Part shown: in pieces, positions 9,785-18,412 of the stretch | Layout of the letters: each line of letters opens with the position of its first letter | How positions within the stretch are numbered: the stretch's first letter is position 1 | DNA from: Candidatus Latescibacterota bacterium | GTDB lineage: Bacteria; Latescibacterota; UBA2968 | Length of the DNA: 64,000 nucleotides | Assembly: GCA_965198115.1 (NCBI GenBank) | Contig: OZ240241.1 | Coordinates: 192,001-256,000 of the forward strand | Direction: 5' to 3' | Program-made: the position numbers and the translations under genes | The notes under the pieces: generated by a model | The model's input: only the letters and a program-made list of their open reading frames with translations | Told to the model about the DNA's origin: nothing | Database searches by the model: none

Positions 9785-10741
9785 TCAGACGGGGACGGAT
9801 GCCACGAGGTATTCGCAGTCAGTGTGAGGGTCGACGGTGACTCCGCGCCCGGCCGGTACGAGAAACGTGTCGCCCCCGGTGGCTGCGGCGGTTTCCGGAT
9901 CGGTGCGGAGGCTGGCGCTGCCGCTGACGAAGGTGAGCGCCGTGAATGAGGCGCTAGAATGATGGTCGCGAGACTGTGTCGGGCAGTGGCGATCGAGTGT
10001 GAAGTGATCGGTCGTCACCTGGCGGGTCTCTCGAATTCGATGGGGAGACGTATCGATGTCGGTACGAGCGACGGCGAGACCCCGATCGATGTGTAATTCC
10101 CGCGGTTGCCCGTCGGGCCCCGGACGGTTGTAGTCGTAGAGTCGAAACGTGATGTCGCTGGATTGCTGGACTTCGTAGACCATCACTCCCCCGCAGAGTG
10201 CGTGGACTGTTCCGGGGGGGATGGTCACCACATCGCCAGGTTTCACGTCGTGGTAGATGACAGCGTCTTCCACACGTCCCACCTCGATCGCGGCTCGCAG
10301 GTCCTCGACATCCACACCCTCGTGGAGACCCGCAGCAACCCGCCCGTTGTCCGAAGCCACGACATACCAGGCTTCGTTCTTTCCATAGCGACCGAGTCCC
10401 TGGTCCCGAACGTATCCATCGCCGGGATGGACTTGGATGGACAGGTCATCCTGAGCGTCGAGCCATTTGATCAACAGGGGGAAGTCGGCGCCGTATCGGT
10501 CGATGACGTCCTTTCCGATCAGTTCGTCGCCGAACGTGTCGAGCAGGCCTGGCAGGGGTGTGCCAGCCAACGGACCGTCTGCGACGACGCTCTCCATACC
10601 CGTCACACACGACAATTCAAGCGACTCGCCAACGCGTTTCCCGGGGGGGAGGGGTTTTCTGAATTCGGTTTCGAGACGTCGTCCCCCCCAGATGACTTCG
10701 CGTAGGTAGGGAGCCATTTTGAGGATCGAAGGGAGTGACAA
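9785..10741 (-). CDS. manA: Type I mannose-6-phosphate isomerase (cupin)
   Basis: IWGGRRL, FPLLIKWLDA, LSIQVHP, GKNEAWY, PGTVHA, EVQQSSDITFRLYDY. Start is uncertain. Confidence 0.85.
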   Translation of the reverse strand: MSLPSILKMAPYLREVIWGGRRLETEFRKPLPPGKRVGESLELSCVTGMESVVADGPLAGTPLPGLLDTFGDELIGKDVIDRYGADFPLLIKWLDAQDDLSIQVHPGDGYVRDQGLGRYGKNEAWYVVASDNGRVAAGLHEGVDVEDLRAAIEVGRVEDAVIYHDVKPGDVVTIPPGTVHALCGGVMVYEVQQSSDITFRLYDYNRPGPDGQPRELHIDRGLAVARTDIDTSPHRIRETRQVTTDHFTLDRHCPTQSRDHHSSASFTALTFVSGSASLRTDPETAAATGGDTFLVPAGRGVTVDPHTDCEYLVASVPV

Positions 10742-10930
10742 AGAGGTTCCAAAGATAGAGATGGAGTCAGGCTGCGACCTCGTGACGCTCACGGCACGAA
10801 GCAAAGGTACGGCCCCGCGTTGAGGAGTCAAACCGACCGTCCCGACAGGGAATCCGCTTGCATCGAGGGGGTCCCTGCCGTTACGTTAGCCCCCCAAAGT
10901 TCTGGTATCTGGCGGCAGGAAGGAGCAGGC

Positions 10931-11743
10931 ATGGTCAAGCTCAGCACGATGACGAGCGTCTGTCCCGATTGGACGGTAGACGAGATCGTAGAAGGGATGC
11001 AGCGGCACGGGTACGAGGGTCTGGAACCACGTGTCGGTTGGAATCATAAAGCGGGTCTCGAACTCGATACACCACTCAAGGAAAGGGACGCGGCGCGCGT
11101 CAAACTTGAAGACGCCGGTTTCCGCGTTTGCTGTGTGGCGACCGGAGCCCGGTTTGCGACGGAGGATCGATCGGAGCTCGCGAATTACATCGACGAAGCG
11201 CGGAAGGGCATCGATCTGGCCGCGGATCTGGGGGCCCCCGTCGTTCGGACCTTTGGTGGCGCTCGTGGGAAGGGCGAGCTCCTGGGAATCGTCAACCGAA
11301 CCGCTGAGGCTTACAAACAGGTGATGGACAAGGCGGCTGAACGGGGTGTTACGGTGATGCTCGAGACGCACGATGAATGGTGCGTCTCTGCCCAGGTTCG
11401 GGCTGTGGTCGAGCGCGTGAGTCATCCGAACATGGCCGTCCTGTGGGATTTCATGCACACCCAGCGAGTTCAGGAACGTACCGAGGAAACGATGGTCACG
11501 ATCGGGTCGCTCACCCGTCACATCCACGCGCACGATGGAAACTATCGGGATAACGGAGCCAAACTGGATACGGTCGATCTCGGGCAAGGGGAACTCGACC
11601 ACGGCACGCCTTTGAAACTGTTGGACGAGATCGGCTACGACGGCCACTTCTCGGTCGAGGTGATCCATAAACCGGGAAGCGACCACGATGCGGATGGGAC
11701 GCTGAAGAACTACGCCGAGGGGTTCGCCAGGATAAAGCCTTGA
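10931..11743 (+). CDS. Sugar phosphate isomerase/epimerase (xylose isomerase-like TIM barrel)
   Basis: GYEGLE, LETHD, WDFMH, HIHAHD, SVE metal ligands; AGGAG RBS. Confidence 0.88.
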   Translation: MVKLSTMTSVCPDWTVDEIVEGMQRHGYEGLEPRVGWNHKAGLELDTPLKERDAARVKLEDAGFRVCCVATGARFATEDRSELANYIDEARKGIDLAADLGAPVVRTFGGARGKGELLGIVNRTAEAYKQVMDKAAERGVTVMLETHDEWCVSAQVRAVVERVSHPNMAVLWDFMHTQRVQERTEETMVTIGSLTRHIHAHDGNYRDNGAKLDTVDLGQGELDHGTPLKLLDEIGYDGHFSVEVIHKPGSDHDADGTLKNYAEGFARIKP

Positions 11744-11750
11744 AAGGCGC

Positions 11751-11777
11751 CACTGAGGGCACTGAGATCGCTGAGGT
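11751..11777. repeat. 9-mer tandem triad just after a stop codon
   Basis: CACTGAGGG CACTGAGAT CGCTGAGGT, 7 nt after the stop at 11743. Confidence 0.7.
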
Positions 11778-11935
11778 CAGCAGGAGGGATAGGAGGATGT
11801 CACCCCGGCAGTGTGTTGAGCCGAGGCCCACTTTCGATTCTCTGCCGCGCGATCGCAACAATAGCGCGAGGCGGAAAACGGATCCCGGCCCAGAAGCATA
11901 CCGGGATGACATTCACTTGTTGCAATAGATCAATT

Positions 11936-12496
11936 CTACTCACCAGGTCGAACAGTCAGAAAGCCCTGCAGTGGAACGTCGCCTTTGTTGCGAAAGCCGT
12001 GGGTGAGGTCGGCCTGGTAGGTGATAGAGTCGCCCTGATTGAGGGTCGTGACGTTGTCGCCCGAGACGACATCGCACGTACCCTGGCTGATGTAGAGGAT
12101 TTCGATCGTTTCGGACGTATGTGGTGGGGAAACCACTTCTCCGCCGACTTCGATTTCCATGAAGTAAGTTTCGACTTCCCGGACGGTTAGTGGGCTGACG
12201 ATGCGAAAGGTCCCCTGACCATTTTCGCTCTGTACGATGGTCACCTGATCGGCGTGGACGGGATCGAACAGCGATGGTCCTGGCGCGTCGAACAGCTCTT
12301 CGAGAGGAATGCCCAAGCCGTTCGCGATCTTCCAGATTGTGGCGAGAGTCGGGTTCGTCCGGTCGCCCTCGATCTGGGATAGCATGCCCTTGGATACACC
12401 GCATCGGTTGGATAGCTGATCCAGGCTGTAGTCCATGCGCTTACGGAGACGCTGGACGTTCTTCCCGATTTTGGGAGGATGGGGGATACCAGGCAT
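11936..12496 (-). CDS. XRE-family HTH regulator with cupin sensor domain
   Basis: SLDQLSNRCGVSKGMLSQIEGDRTNPTLATIWKIA HTH; cupin motifs PHTSETIE and GDSITYQADLTH. Confidence 0.9.
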   Translation of the reverse strand: MPGIPHPPKIGKNVQRLRKRMDYSLDQLSNRCGVSKGMLSQIEGDRTNPTLATIWKIANGLGIPLEELFDAPGPSLFDPVHADQVTIVQSENGQGTFRIVSPLTVREVETYFMEIEVGGEVVSPPHTSETIEILYISQGTCDVVSGDNVTTLNQGDSITYQADLTHGFRNKGDVPLQGFLTVRPGE

Positions 12497-12502
12497 TTAA
12501 AC

Positions 12503-13922
12503 GGCTATATCCGGATCTCTCAACGAGATGAAGTGGGTGAAGGTGCCGTGGTTCCTGGCATGGGGGCGCGGTTAGAGTGTGCGGAACCTCTTCGGAATCT
12601 GCTCAGGGATGTTTATGTCTCCGACGGTAAGGAAGATCATATCGTTGAATGCGTCGAGTGTGCGGAATCCGCTGGCTCGGTTCTTGACGATTTGGACGAT
12701 TCGGTTGAGGCCTTCGGCGATGGCGTTGGTAAGACGCGTGTTCACGAATGCGAGGACGCCGAAGAAGTGCTGTCGCAGGGTCCTGACGAACTTTCGCAGG
12801 GGTTCAAGTCGACTTCTGAGTGCGGACGTCGTCCAGCATTTCAGGAAGCGTTCGGCAGCCCAGGGCGCTTTGTATTCCCAGAACTGCTCGAACTCGTCCT
12901 TGAGTCTCCAGGCTCTATAGATTCGGTAGTTCGCCTTCTCCAGTGCTTTGAGTGTCCGAGTATCCCCTCTGGAGCGTGTCGCTGAGTGCCGGTAGAGGAG
13001 CCATCGGAGGCCCTTCATGGCTTTGCGCTCATCCGGGGCAGCTTTACGCCACTGGTCCTTACGGACCTCGTCAACGGCGGCATTGAGAGCCTTGACGATG
13101 TGAAAGCGATCGAGGACCAGCTTGGCATTCGGACAGTGTTCCTGGATGGCTCCGATGTAAGCTTCGCTCATGTCGCAGCAGGCCCACTCGATCTTGGATC
13201 TCCGGTAGGGACTGAGAGCCTCTGTGAAGAACCGATCGATCGTTTTACGCGCCCTGCCGCGGCCAACCCACACCACGCAGGAGCGGTCCAGATCGTAAAC
13301 GAGCGTGGCGTACCTGTGACGCTTGGCGTAGGAGATCTCGTCGATCCCGATGGTTTTGAGCCCTCGGATACGATGACCTTCACGAAGCCGCGTGATGGAT
13401 CGGTGAAGGAGATCCGACAGCGTCGAGGCAGAGATGCGCAGTAACTCGGACGCCGCCTTCTGCGTCATGGTCTGGCAGTAGCGCAGCATGGCATACTCGA
13501 AGCGATACGTCACCCGAGAGAACCGCTCCGCCCACGGAATCTCCTCGACCACACGACCGTGGGTAGGACACCGAATCTCCCGAGGATGGTAGAGAAGCCA
13601 GACCCTCCACCCGCACACCGGAATGTCACGCCACCGACGCGGATGGGGCATTGTGCGGACGATTTTACCTCGACGGCCGCACTCCGGACAACAACAACCA
13701 TTCTTATGTGGCTTTACGGCGATGACGAAACAGCTTCTCCCCTCAAACCACCAGCTGACAACACGGAACCCCTTGAATCTCAGCAGTTTCGATAGTAATC
13801 TGCTCCCGGTCATAGGTCGCACCCCCTTCGCTTTGATTGTCCTACACACACAACCAAGCGTAGGGAACGATCTATGACCTTGTCATTCTATAGTTTCACC
13901 GTTGAGAAACCCGGATAGAGCC
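12503..13922 (-). mobile_element. ISL3-family insertion sequence, copy 1 (1420 bp)
   Basis: Imperfect TIRs GGCTATATCCGGATCTCTCAACG / CGTTGAGAAACCCGGATAGAGCC; flanks ATTTAAAC / ATTTAAAA (7 of 8 TSD match). Confidence 0.93.
12572..13849 (-). CDS. ISL3-family transposase
   Basis: Zn-finger CPECG...CPTHG, IGIDE, CDMSEAY, DRFHIV, TNAIAEGLN, ASGFR. Confidence 0.93.
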   Translation of the reverse strand: MCRTIKAKGVRPMTGSRLLSKLLRFKGFRVVSWWFEGRSCFVIAVKPHKNGCCCPECGRRGKIVRTMPHPRRWRDIPVCGWRVWLLYHPREIRCPTHGRVVEEIPWAERFSRVTYRFEYAMLRYCQTMTQKAASELLRISASTLSDLLHRSITRLREGHRIRGLKTIGIDEISYAKRHRYATLVYDLDRSCVVWVGRGRARKTIDRFFTEALSPYRRSKIEWACCDMSEAYIGAIQEHCPNAKLVLDRFHIVKALNAAVDEVRKDQWRKAAPDERKAMKGLRWLLYRHSATRSRGDTRTLKALEKANYRIYRAWRLKDEFEQFWEYKAPWAAERFLKCWTTSALRSRLEPLRKFVRTLRQHFFGVLAFVNTRLTNAIAEGLNRIVQIVKNRASGFRTLDAFNDMIFLTVGDINIPEQIPKRFRTL

Positions 13923-13935
13923 ATTTAAAAAGACC

Positions 13936-13966
13936 GTGTTCAGTGGTTCAGTGTTCGGTGTTCAGG
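13936..13966. repeat. 7/8-mer GTTCAGT-type tandem array (near-identical copy at 17593-17621)
   Basis: gttcagtggttcagtgttcggtgttcagg vs gttcagtagttcagtgttcggtgttcagg, 28 of 29 identical. Confidence 0.8.
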
Positions 13967-14044
13967 GAAGACGCTTCGCTCAATGATCGATCGTGTTTTG
14001 TAGCAGTCGTTTGAAGTACGCGGAATATACCTGAAGGGGATGTG

Positions 14045-15475
14045 ATGGCCAAACGGAAGCGCAATCTGATCCTGTTGGGGGTGGACAGTCTGTGGGCAGA
14101 TCGCATGAGTTGCTATGGATATCGCCACCAGACTTCCCCCCATATGGACAAGCTGGCCTCACAAGGTGTTCTGTTCGAAAACACCTACAGCCCGCACATT
14201 CCGACGACGTCAGCCTATGCCTCGATGCTCACTGGCAAGGATTGCTTTTCAACTGAAGTCGTCGCGCTGCGTCACCGGGGAGGGTTGACGAAGAAGGTCA
14301 GGACGTTACCTGAAATCCTTCGAAAAGCAGGCTACAACACGACGTGCGTGGGCTTTACTGGCAACCCGAGCTCGCGGGGATTCGATACGTATCACGAGTA
14401 TGCGGCGTGGGGGAGCTGGGAGCAGCGTCCCTTGCGAAAAGCCGAACTGTTGAACGACGAAACGATCCCAGAGTTGGAGCGGCTCTCGCGCAGCAAGAAG
14501 CCGTTCTTTCTGTTTCTGCGTCACATGGATCCGCACGCGCCCTACCTCCCGCCTGCACCGTATGACACGATGTTCTACAGCGCCGACCCGTGCGATCCCA
14601 AGAAGAAGAGCATGGAGGTGCCCCGGGCATTCAAGCCATTTCGAGACTTCCATTTGAGCTGGATGCCGCCGGGGATCACCGACGCGGACTACGTGAACGC
14701 ACAATACGATGGCGAAATCGCCTACATGGACGCGTGCATTCAGCGTCTGCTGCAGCGGGTCGACGAACTCGGTCTTGCTGAGGACACGCTGGTTGTTCTG
14801 AACGGAGACCACGGGGAGACGTTGGACGAGCACGAATGTTACTGGGACCATCACGGGTTGTACGAGTGTACGCTCCACGTCCCGCTGATGTTGCGTTTGC
14901 CCGGCGTACTGCCTGAAGGGAAGCGAATCGCGGGATACAACACGCACCAAGATCTCGTTCCGACTTTGATGGAGCTGCTGGGGGTGCGTCCGGGGATCAA
15001 GTTCGATGGCCGGAGTCTGTTGGGCATGGTCAGAGGTAAACGTCGGACGCATTCACCCGAATTCTACATCACCGAAGCGACCTGGATGCGGAAGCACGGT
15101 TGGCGTACGCCGGAATGGAAGCTGATCGTTGCTCTGGAGCCGGATTTCCACTTCAAGCCGGAGGTCGAGCTCTACAATCTGATCGAGGATCCAGGCGAGA
15201 CCAGGAATCTTGCCAAGAAGGAAAAGGCAGTGGTCGAGTTGCTGCGTGGGCGGATGGAGGCGTGGGTTGTGAAGCGCGAGAGGGAAACGGGCAATGTCAA
15301 TCCGATGTATACAAACCTGGACTGGCACGGGAAGACCGGCCACGGGCCGTTCAAGTCGTCGCAAGAGGCCTACGACATGACGCATATCGGATCGGCGGAG
15401 CGCGCACGGCGGCTTCAGGCGGGAGACAAAAGCAGGGGACCACGGAAGACACGGAAAACACGGAAGAAGGGCTGA
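14045..15475 (+). CDS. Sulfatase-like (alkaline phosphatase superfamily) hydrolase with Thr at the nucleophile position
   Basis: NLILLGVDSL, TTSAYASMLTG (aligns to CxPxRASxLTG), DPHAPY, GDHGE, HVPL, ELYNL..DPGE. The 3' end contains the 9-mer triad CACGGAAGA CACGGAAAA CACGGAAGA (15441-15467). Confidence 0.88.
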   Translation: MAKRKRNLILLGVDSLWADRMSCYGYRHQTSPHMDKLASQGVLFENTYSPHIPTTSAYASMLTGKDCFSTEVVALRHRGGLTKKVRTLPEILRKAGYNTTCVGFTGNPSSRGFDTYHEYAAWGSWEQRPLRKAELLNDETIPELERLSRSKKPFFLFLRHMDPHAPYLPPAPYDTMFYSADPCDPKKKSMEVPRAFKPFRDFHLSWMPPGITDADYVNAQYDGEIAYMDACIQRLLQRVDELGLAEDTLVVLNGDHGETLDEHECYWDHHGLYECTLHVPLMLRLPGVLPEGKRIAGYNTHQDLVPTLMELLGVRPGIKFDGRSLLGMVRGKRRTHSPEFYITEATWMRKHGWRTPEWKLIVALEPDFHFKPEVELYNLIEDPGETRNLAKKEKAVVELLRGRMEAWVVKRERETGNVNPMYTNLDWHGKTGHGPFKSSQEAYDMTHIGSAERARRLQAGDKSRGPRKTRKTRKKG

Positions 15476-15507
15476 ACGGATAAGGACCCATTCCGCGGAG
15501 GAACACA

Positions 15508-16392
15508 ATGGCTTTGGGCGAAGGCGATTATCAGTATGAATTGGTAGATGGCTGGCCGAAGACTCCCGAGGGATGGGAGCTAAGTCTCGTTTCCGATGCG
15601 GCGGTCGACGGGCAGGGACGGGTCTACGCATTCACGCGGGGTAAGCATCCACTGATCGTTTTCGACAAGGACGGCCGCTTCATCACCTCCTGGGGATACG
15701 GTGAGTTCGGAATCTCACCCCACCTGGTAAGCCAGTCGCACGGGATCTTCATCGGGCCGGACGACCAGGTCTATCTGACAGATGCCTACCAACACATCGT
15801 GCGAAGGTATTCCAAGCTCGGGGAGAAGAACCGCGAGTGGGGCGTGCTAGGGGTGGCCGGCGTCACGTACCACCGCCGTGAATACAACATGCCGACTGGC
15901 GTCACGTTCTCGTCCGACGGGCATATGTTCGTATCCGATGGGTACGGCAATCGATGTATCCACAAGTACACCTCGGAAGGTGAGCACATCACGTCGTGGG
16001 GAGAGGGTGGTTCGGGCCCCGGACAATTCGCGGTGGTCCACAACATCGGATGCGATAAAGAGGACCGGCTCCTCGTGTGCGACCGGGAGAACAACCGGAT
16101 TCAGTTGTTCGACCTGGACGGCGAGTACATCGAAGAATGGACCGGCGTGTCCAGCCCGGGTGACGTCTGGATCACAGACGACGGGATGATCTACGTCGTG
16201 GAGCAGGGCACCGGCGGCCACGTGAGCGTGTGGACACCGAAGGGTGAGTGCATCAGCCGATTCTCCGGCGCGAATGGCGGTATCGTGGAAGCCCCCCACG
16301 GTCTGGCGGTGGACGACGAGGGCAGCATCTACGTCGCCGAGATTGGTCAGGGTGACAGAGGCCAGCGGATTCTGAAATTTGCGCGAGTCTGA
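15508..16392 (+). CDS. NHL-repeat protein (peptidyl-alpha-hydroxyglycine alpha-amidating lyase-like)
   Basis: Repeated NHL blades; FVSDGYGNRCIHKY, GPGQFAVVHNI, VCDRENNRIQLF, PHGLAVD. Confidence 0.88.
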   Translation: MALGEGDYQYELVDGWPKTPEGWELSLVSDAAVDGQGRVYAFTRGKHPLIVFDKDGRFITSWGYGEFGISPHLVSQSHGIFIGPDDQVYLTDAYQHIVRRYSKLGEKNREWGVLGVAGVTYHRREYNMPTGVTFSSDGHMFVSDGYGNRCIHKYTSEGEHITSWGEGGSGPGQFAVVHNIGCDKEDRLLVCDRENNRIQLFDLDGEYIEEWTGVSSPGDVWITDDGMIYVVEQGTGGHVSVWTPKGECISRFSGANGGIVEAPHGLAVDDEGSIYVAEIGQGDRGQRILKFARV

Positions 16393-16466
16393 AAAGCAGA
16401 ACCAAGAAGACACGAAGGTGAGAAGCGGGGAGAGACTCCTCGATAGTGTGTTTCAGGGGGTACTCG

Positions 16467-17555
16467 ATGACTGATGAACTGCCGGTTCTGACCGTGAGCG
16501 GATCGCCCCTAGAGCGCGGACGGGCGCACGGAGAGACGTTCAAGGACCTGATTCAGGACCTCATTCCCGCCTACTTCGACGACCTCGAGAAGACCAGCCT
16601 GAGCCACGGGATCGAGGCGATCACGAGGAATCGGGCACTCGAGATCGCCGTACCCTATTCGGAACCCTGTAGCGTGTACGCGCCGGAGCTCTTCGAGGAG
16701 CTCGAAGGGATTTCCGAAGGATCGGGGATTCCCGTGGACGAGGTGCTGTGTCTGAATGCTTTTCTCGAACTTCACGATTACCTGTCTGACGCTTTCGTCG
16801 TGCCGGGTTGCACGTCGTTGATGGTTCCGGGCGACACGAAAGGCGAAGGCGCGTTGATCGCTCAGAACTACGATCTGTCGTCGATTTACGCCGAGGCGGC
16901 AGTGCTGATCAAGGTGGAACAGGATGACGCGCCCGATGTGCTTTTCTACACGTCGGCGGGAATGCTCGGGTGCGCGGGGCTGAACGATGCGGGGATCGGT
17001 GTGGTCATCAACAATCTTGTCCCTTCGGATTCGGGAGCGGGGGTGATCTATCCCTTCATCATTCGACGCATCCTCTCCTCTATACGAATTGGGGATGCCA
17101 TCGACGCGGTGATCTCGAGGCCCAGGGCATCGGGTATGAATTACGTGCTGTGCGATGAGAACGGTGAGATCTACGATCTGGAGACATCGGCGCGTGACTA
17201 CGAGGTGATCTGTCCGTTCGATGGTCCGATGGCGCACTCGAATCACTATCTGCAGGACAGGCTGAAACACCTGGAACGGCGTCACTGGGGTGCGCGCGGG
17301 TCAAGTATCCTGCGATGGGGTCGCGCGAATCGGCTTCTCAAGTCGATGGGTGCTTTCGATCCGGATGTGTTGAAGGATTGTCTATCCGATCGCGTGAACG
17401 CACCGATTGGAATCTGTCGTCACAACGAGCTCGTTGGCGGTGAACCGTGCGGGCAGACGATCGCGGGAATCGTGTTGGATCCTCCGGGCCGGAAGGCGTG
17501 GTTTACGAGGGGCCCGACGGGAGAGCACGCGTGGACGGAGCACGAGCTCCTATGA
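16467..17555 (+). CDS. C45-family autoproteolytic acyltransferase/hydrolase
   Basis: GSPLERGRAHG, GCTS (N-terminal nucleophile Cys), AQNYD, GLNDAGIGVVIN, HSNHY. Confidence 0.87.
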   Translation: MTDELPVLTVSGSPLERGRAHGETFKDLIQDLIPAYFDDLEKTSLSHGIEAITRNRALEIAVPYSEPCSVYAPELFEELEGISEGSGIPVDEVLCLNAFLELHDYLSDAFVVPGCTSLMVPGDTKGEGALIAQNYDLSSIYAEAAVLIKVEQDDAPDVLFYTSAGMLGCAGLNDAGIGVVINNLVPSDSGAGVIYPFIIRRILSSIRIGDAIDAVISRPRASGMNYVLCDENGEIYDLETSARDYEVICPFDGPMAHSNHYLQDRLKHLERRHWGARGSSILRWGRANRLLKSMGAFDPDVLKDCLSDRVNAPIGICRHNELVGGEPCGQTIAGIVLDPPGRKAWFTRGPTGEHAWTEHELL

Positions 17556-17592
17556 TCGTGTCGAAGGTGGATCGCACGGCTGGGAAGAGGGG

Positions 17593-17621
17593 GTTCAGTA
17601 GTTCAGTGTTCGGTGTTCAGG
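17593..17621. repeat. GTTCAGT-type tandem array, second copy
   Basis: Matches 13938-13966 at 28 of 29 positions. Confidence 0.8.
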
Positions 17622-17707
17622 AAAGCGGCTGTAGCCTATCCGCGTTCCCTTTAGCATCAGATATCTTCAGAATCCGATTTCCCCCACTTGTAGGAAAGGA
17701 ATCCAAG

Positions 17708-18412
17708 ATGAAAGTGGAGATCAGGAACTTGTTTCGTTCGTCGTATGGCGTACCTAACGGTCTGCAGATGACTAACGATGGATTGTGGATTGCCGACCAG
17801 GTGACCGATCGGTGTTCGTTGATGGATGTCCAAGAGACGGACGATTACTACGGTGTTGCGAAGCAGATCCGCGAGATTCCCTCCGAATCGTCGAACACTA
17901 GTGGTCTGACTTATGGCGATGGCCTGTTGTGGTTCGCGGCCAACGGTGCTGGTGGCAGGTGGCGAACAGCGCGCGATACCGATGCCCCGACCGGGGAAGC
18001 CCACGGTGTGGATCCTGCGACAGGAGAGACGAAGCGGCGCGAGAAGATCCCCGATGGCGGGGGAACACACGGTATCGAGCACGACAAGTTCGAACCCGAG
18101 ACCCTGTGGTTGACTACGCTCAAATCACAGACGGCTACGCAAGTGAAGATTTCTGACTGGTCGATTCAACGGACCGTCAACCTGCCGCTCAAGCGAGCGC
18201 ACGGGATGGTTCGCGTCGATGACGGACTCTGGGTCACGCACACGGGTGACCGCGTCATCGTCAAACTGGATATCGAGACGAGCGAGGAAATGGATCGCAT
18301 CGAGATTCCCGAGCCGCATCCTGAGCCCCACGGGCTTTCGCCCTATAAAGAGGGTTCCTGGGTTTACTGCGACGCGACCTCGGGGTGGATCGCGGAGATC
18401 CAGCTCAGCTGA
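17708..18412 (+). CDS. Hypothetical small beta-propeller protein (glutaminyl cyclase/Vgb-like blades)
   Basis: Repeated GL/HG..DGLW blades (PNGLQMTNDGLW, SGLTYGDGLLW, HGMVRVDDGLW); AAGGA RBS; TGATG coupling to the next gene. Confidence 0.75.
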   Translation: MKVEIRNLFRSSYGVPNGLQMTNDGLWIADQVTDRCSLMDVQETDDYYGVAKQIREIPSESSNTSGLTYGDGLLWFAANGAGGRWRTARDTDAPTGEAHGVDPATGETKRREKIPDGGGTHGIEHDKFEPETLWLTTLKSQTATQVKISDWSIQRTVNLPLKRAHGMVRVDDGLWVTHTGDRVIVKLDIETSEEMDRIEIPEPHPEPHGLSPYKEGSWVYCDATSGWIAEIQLS

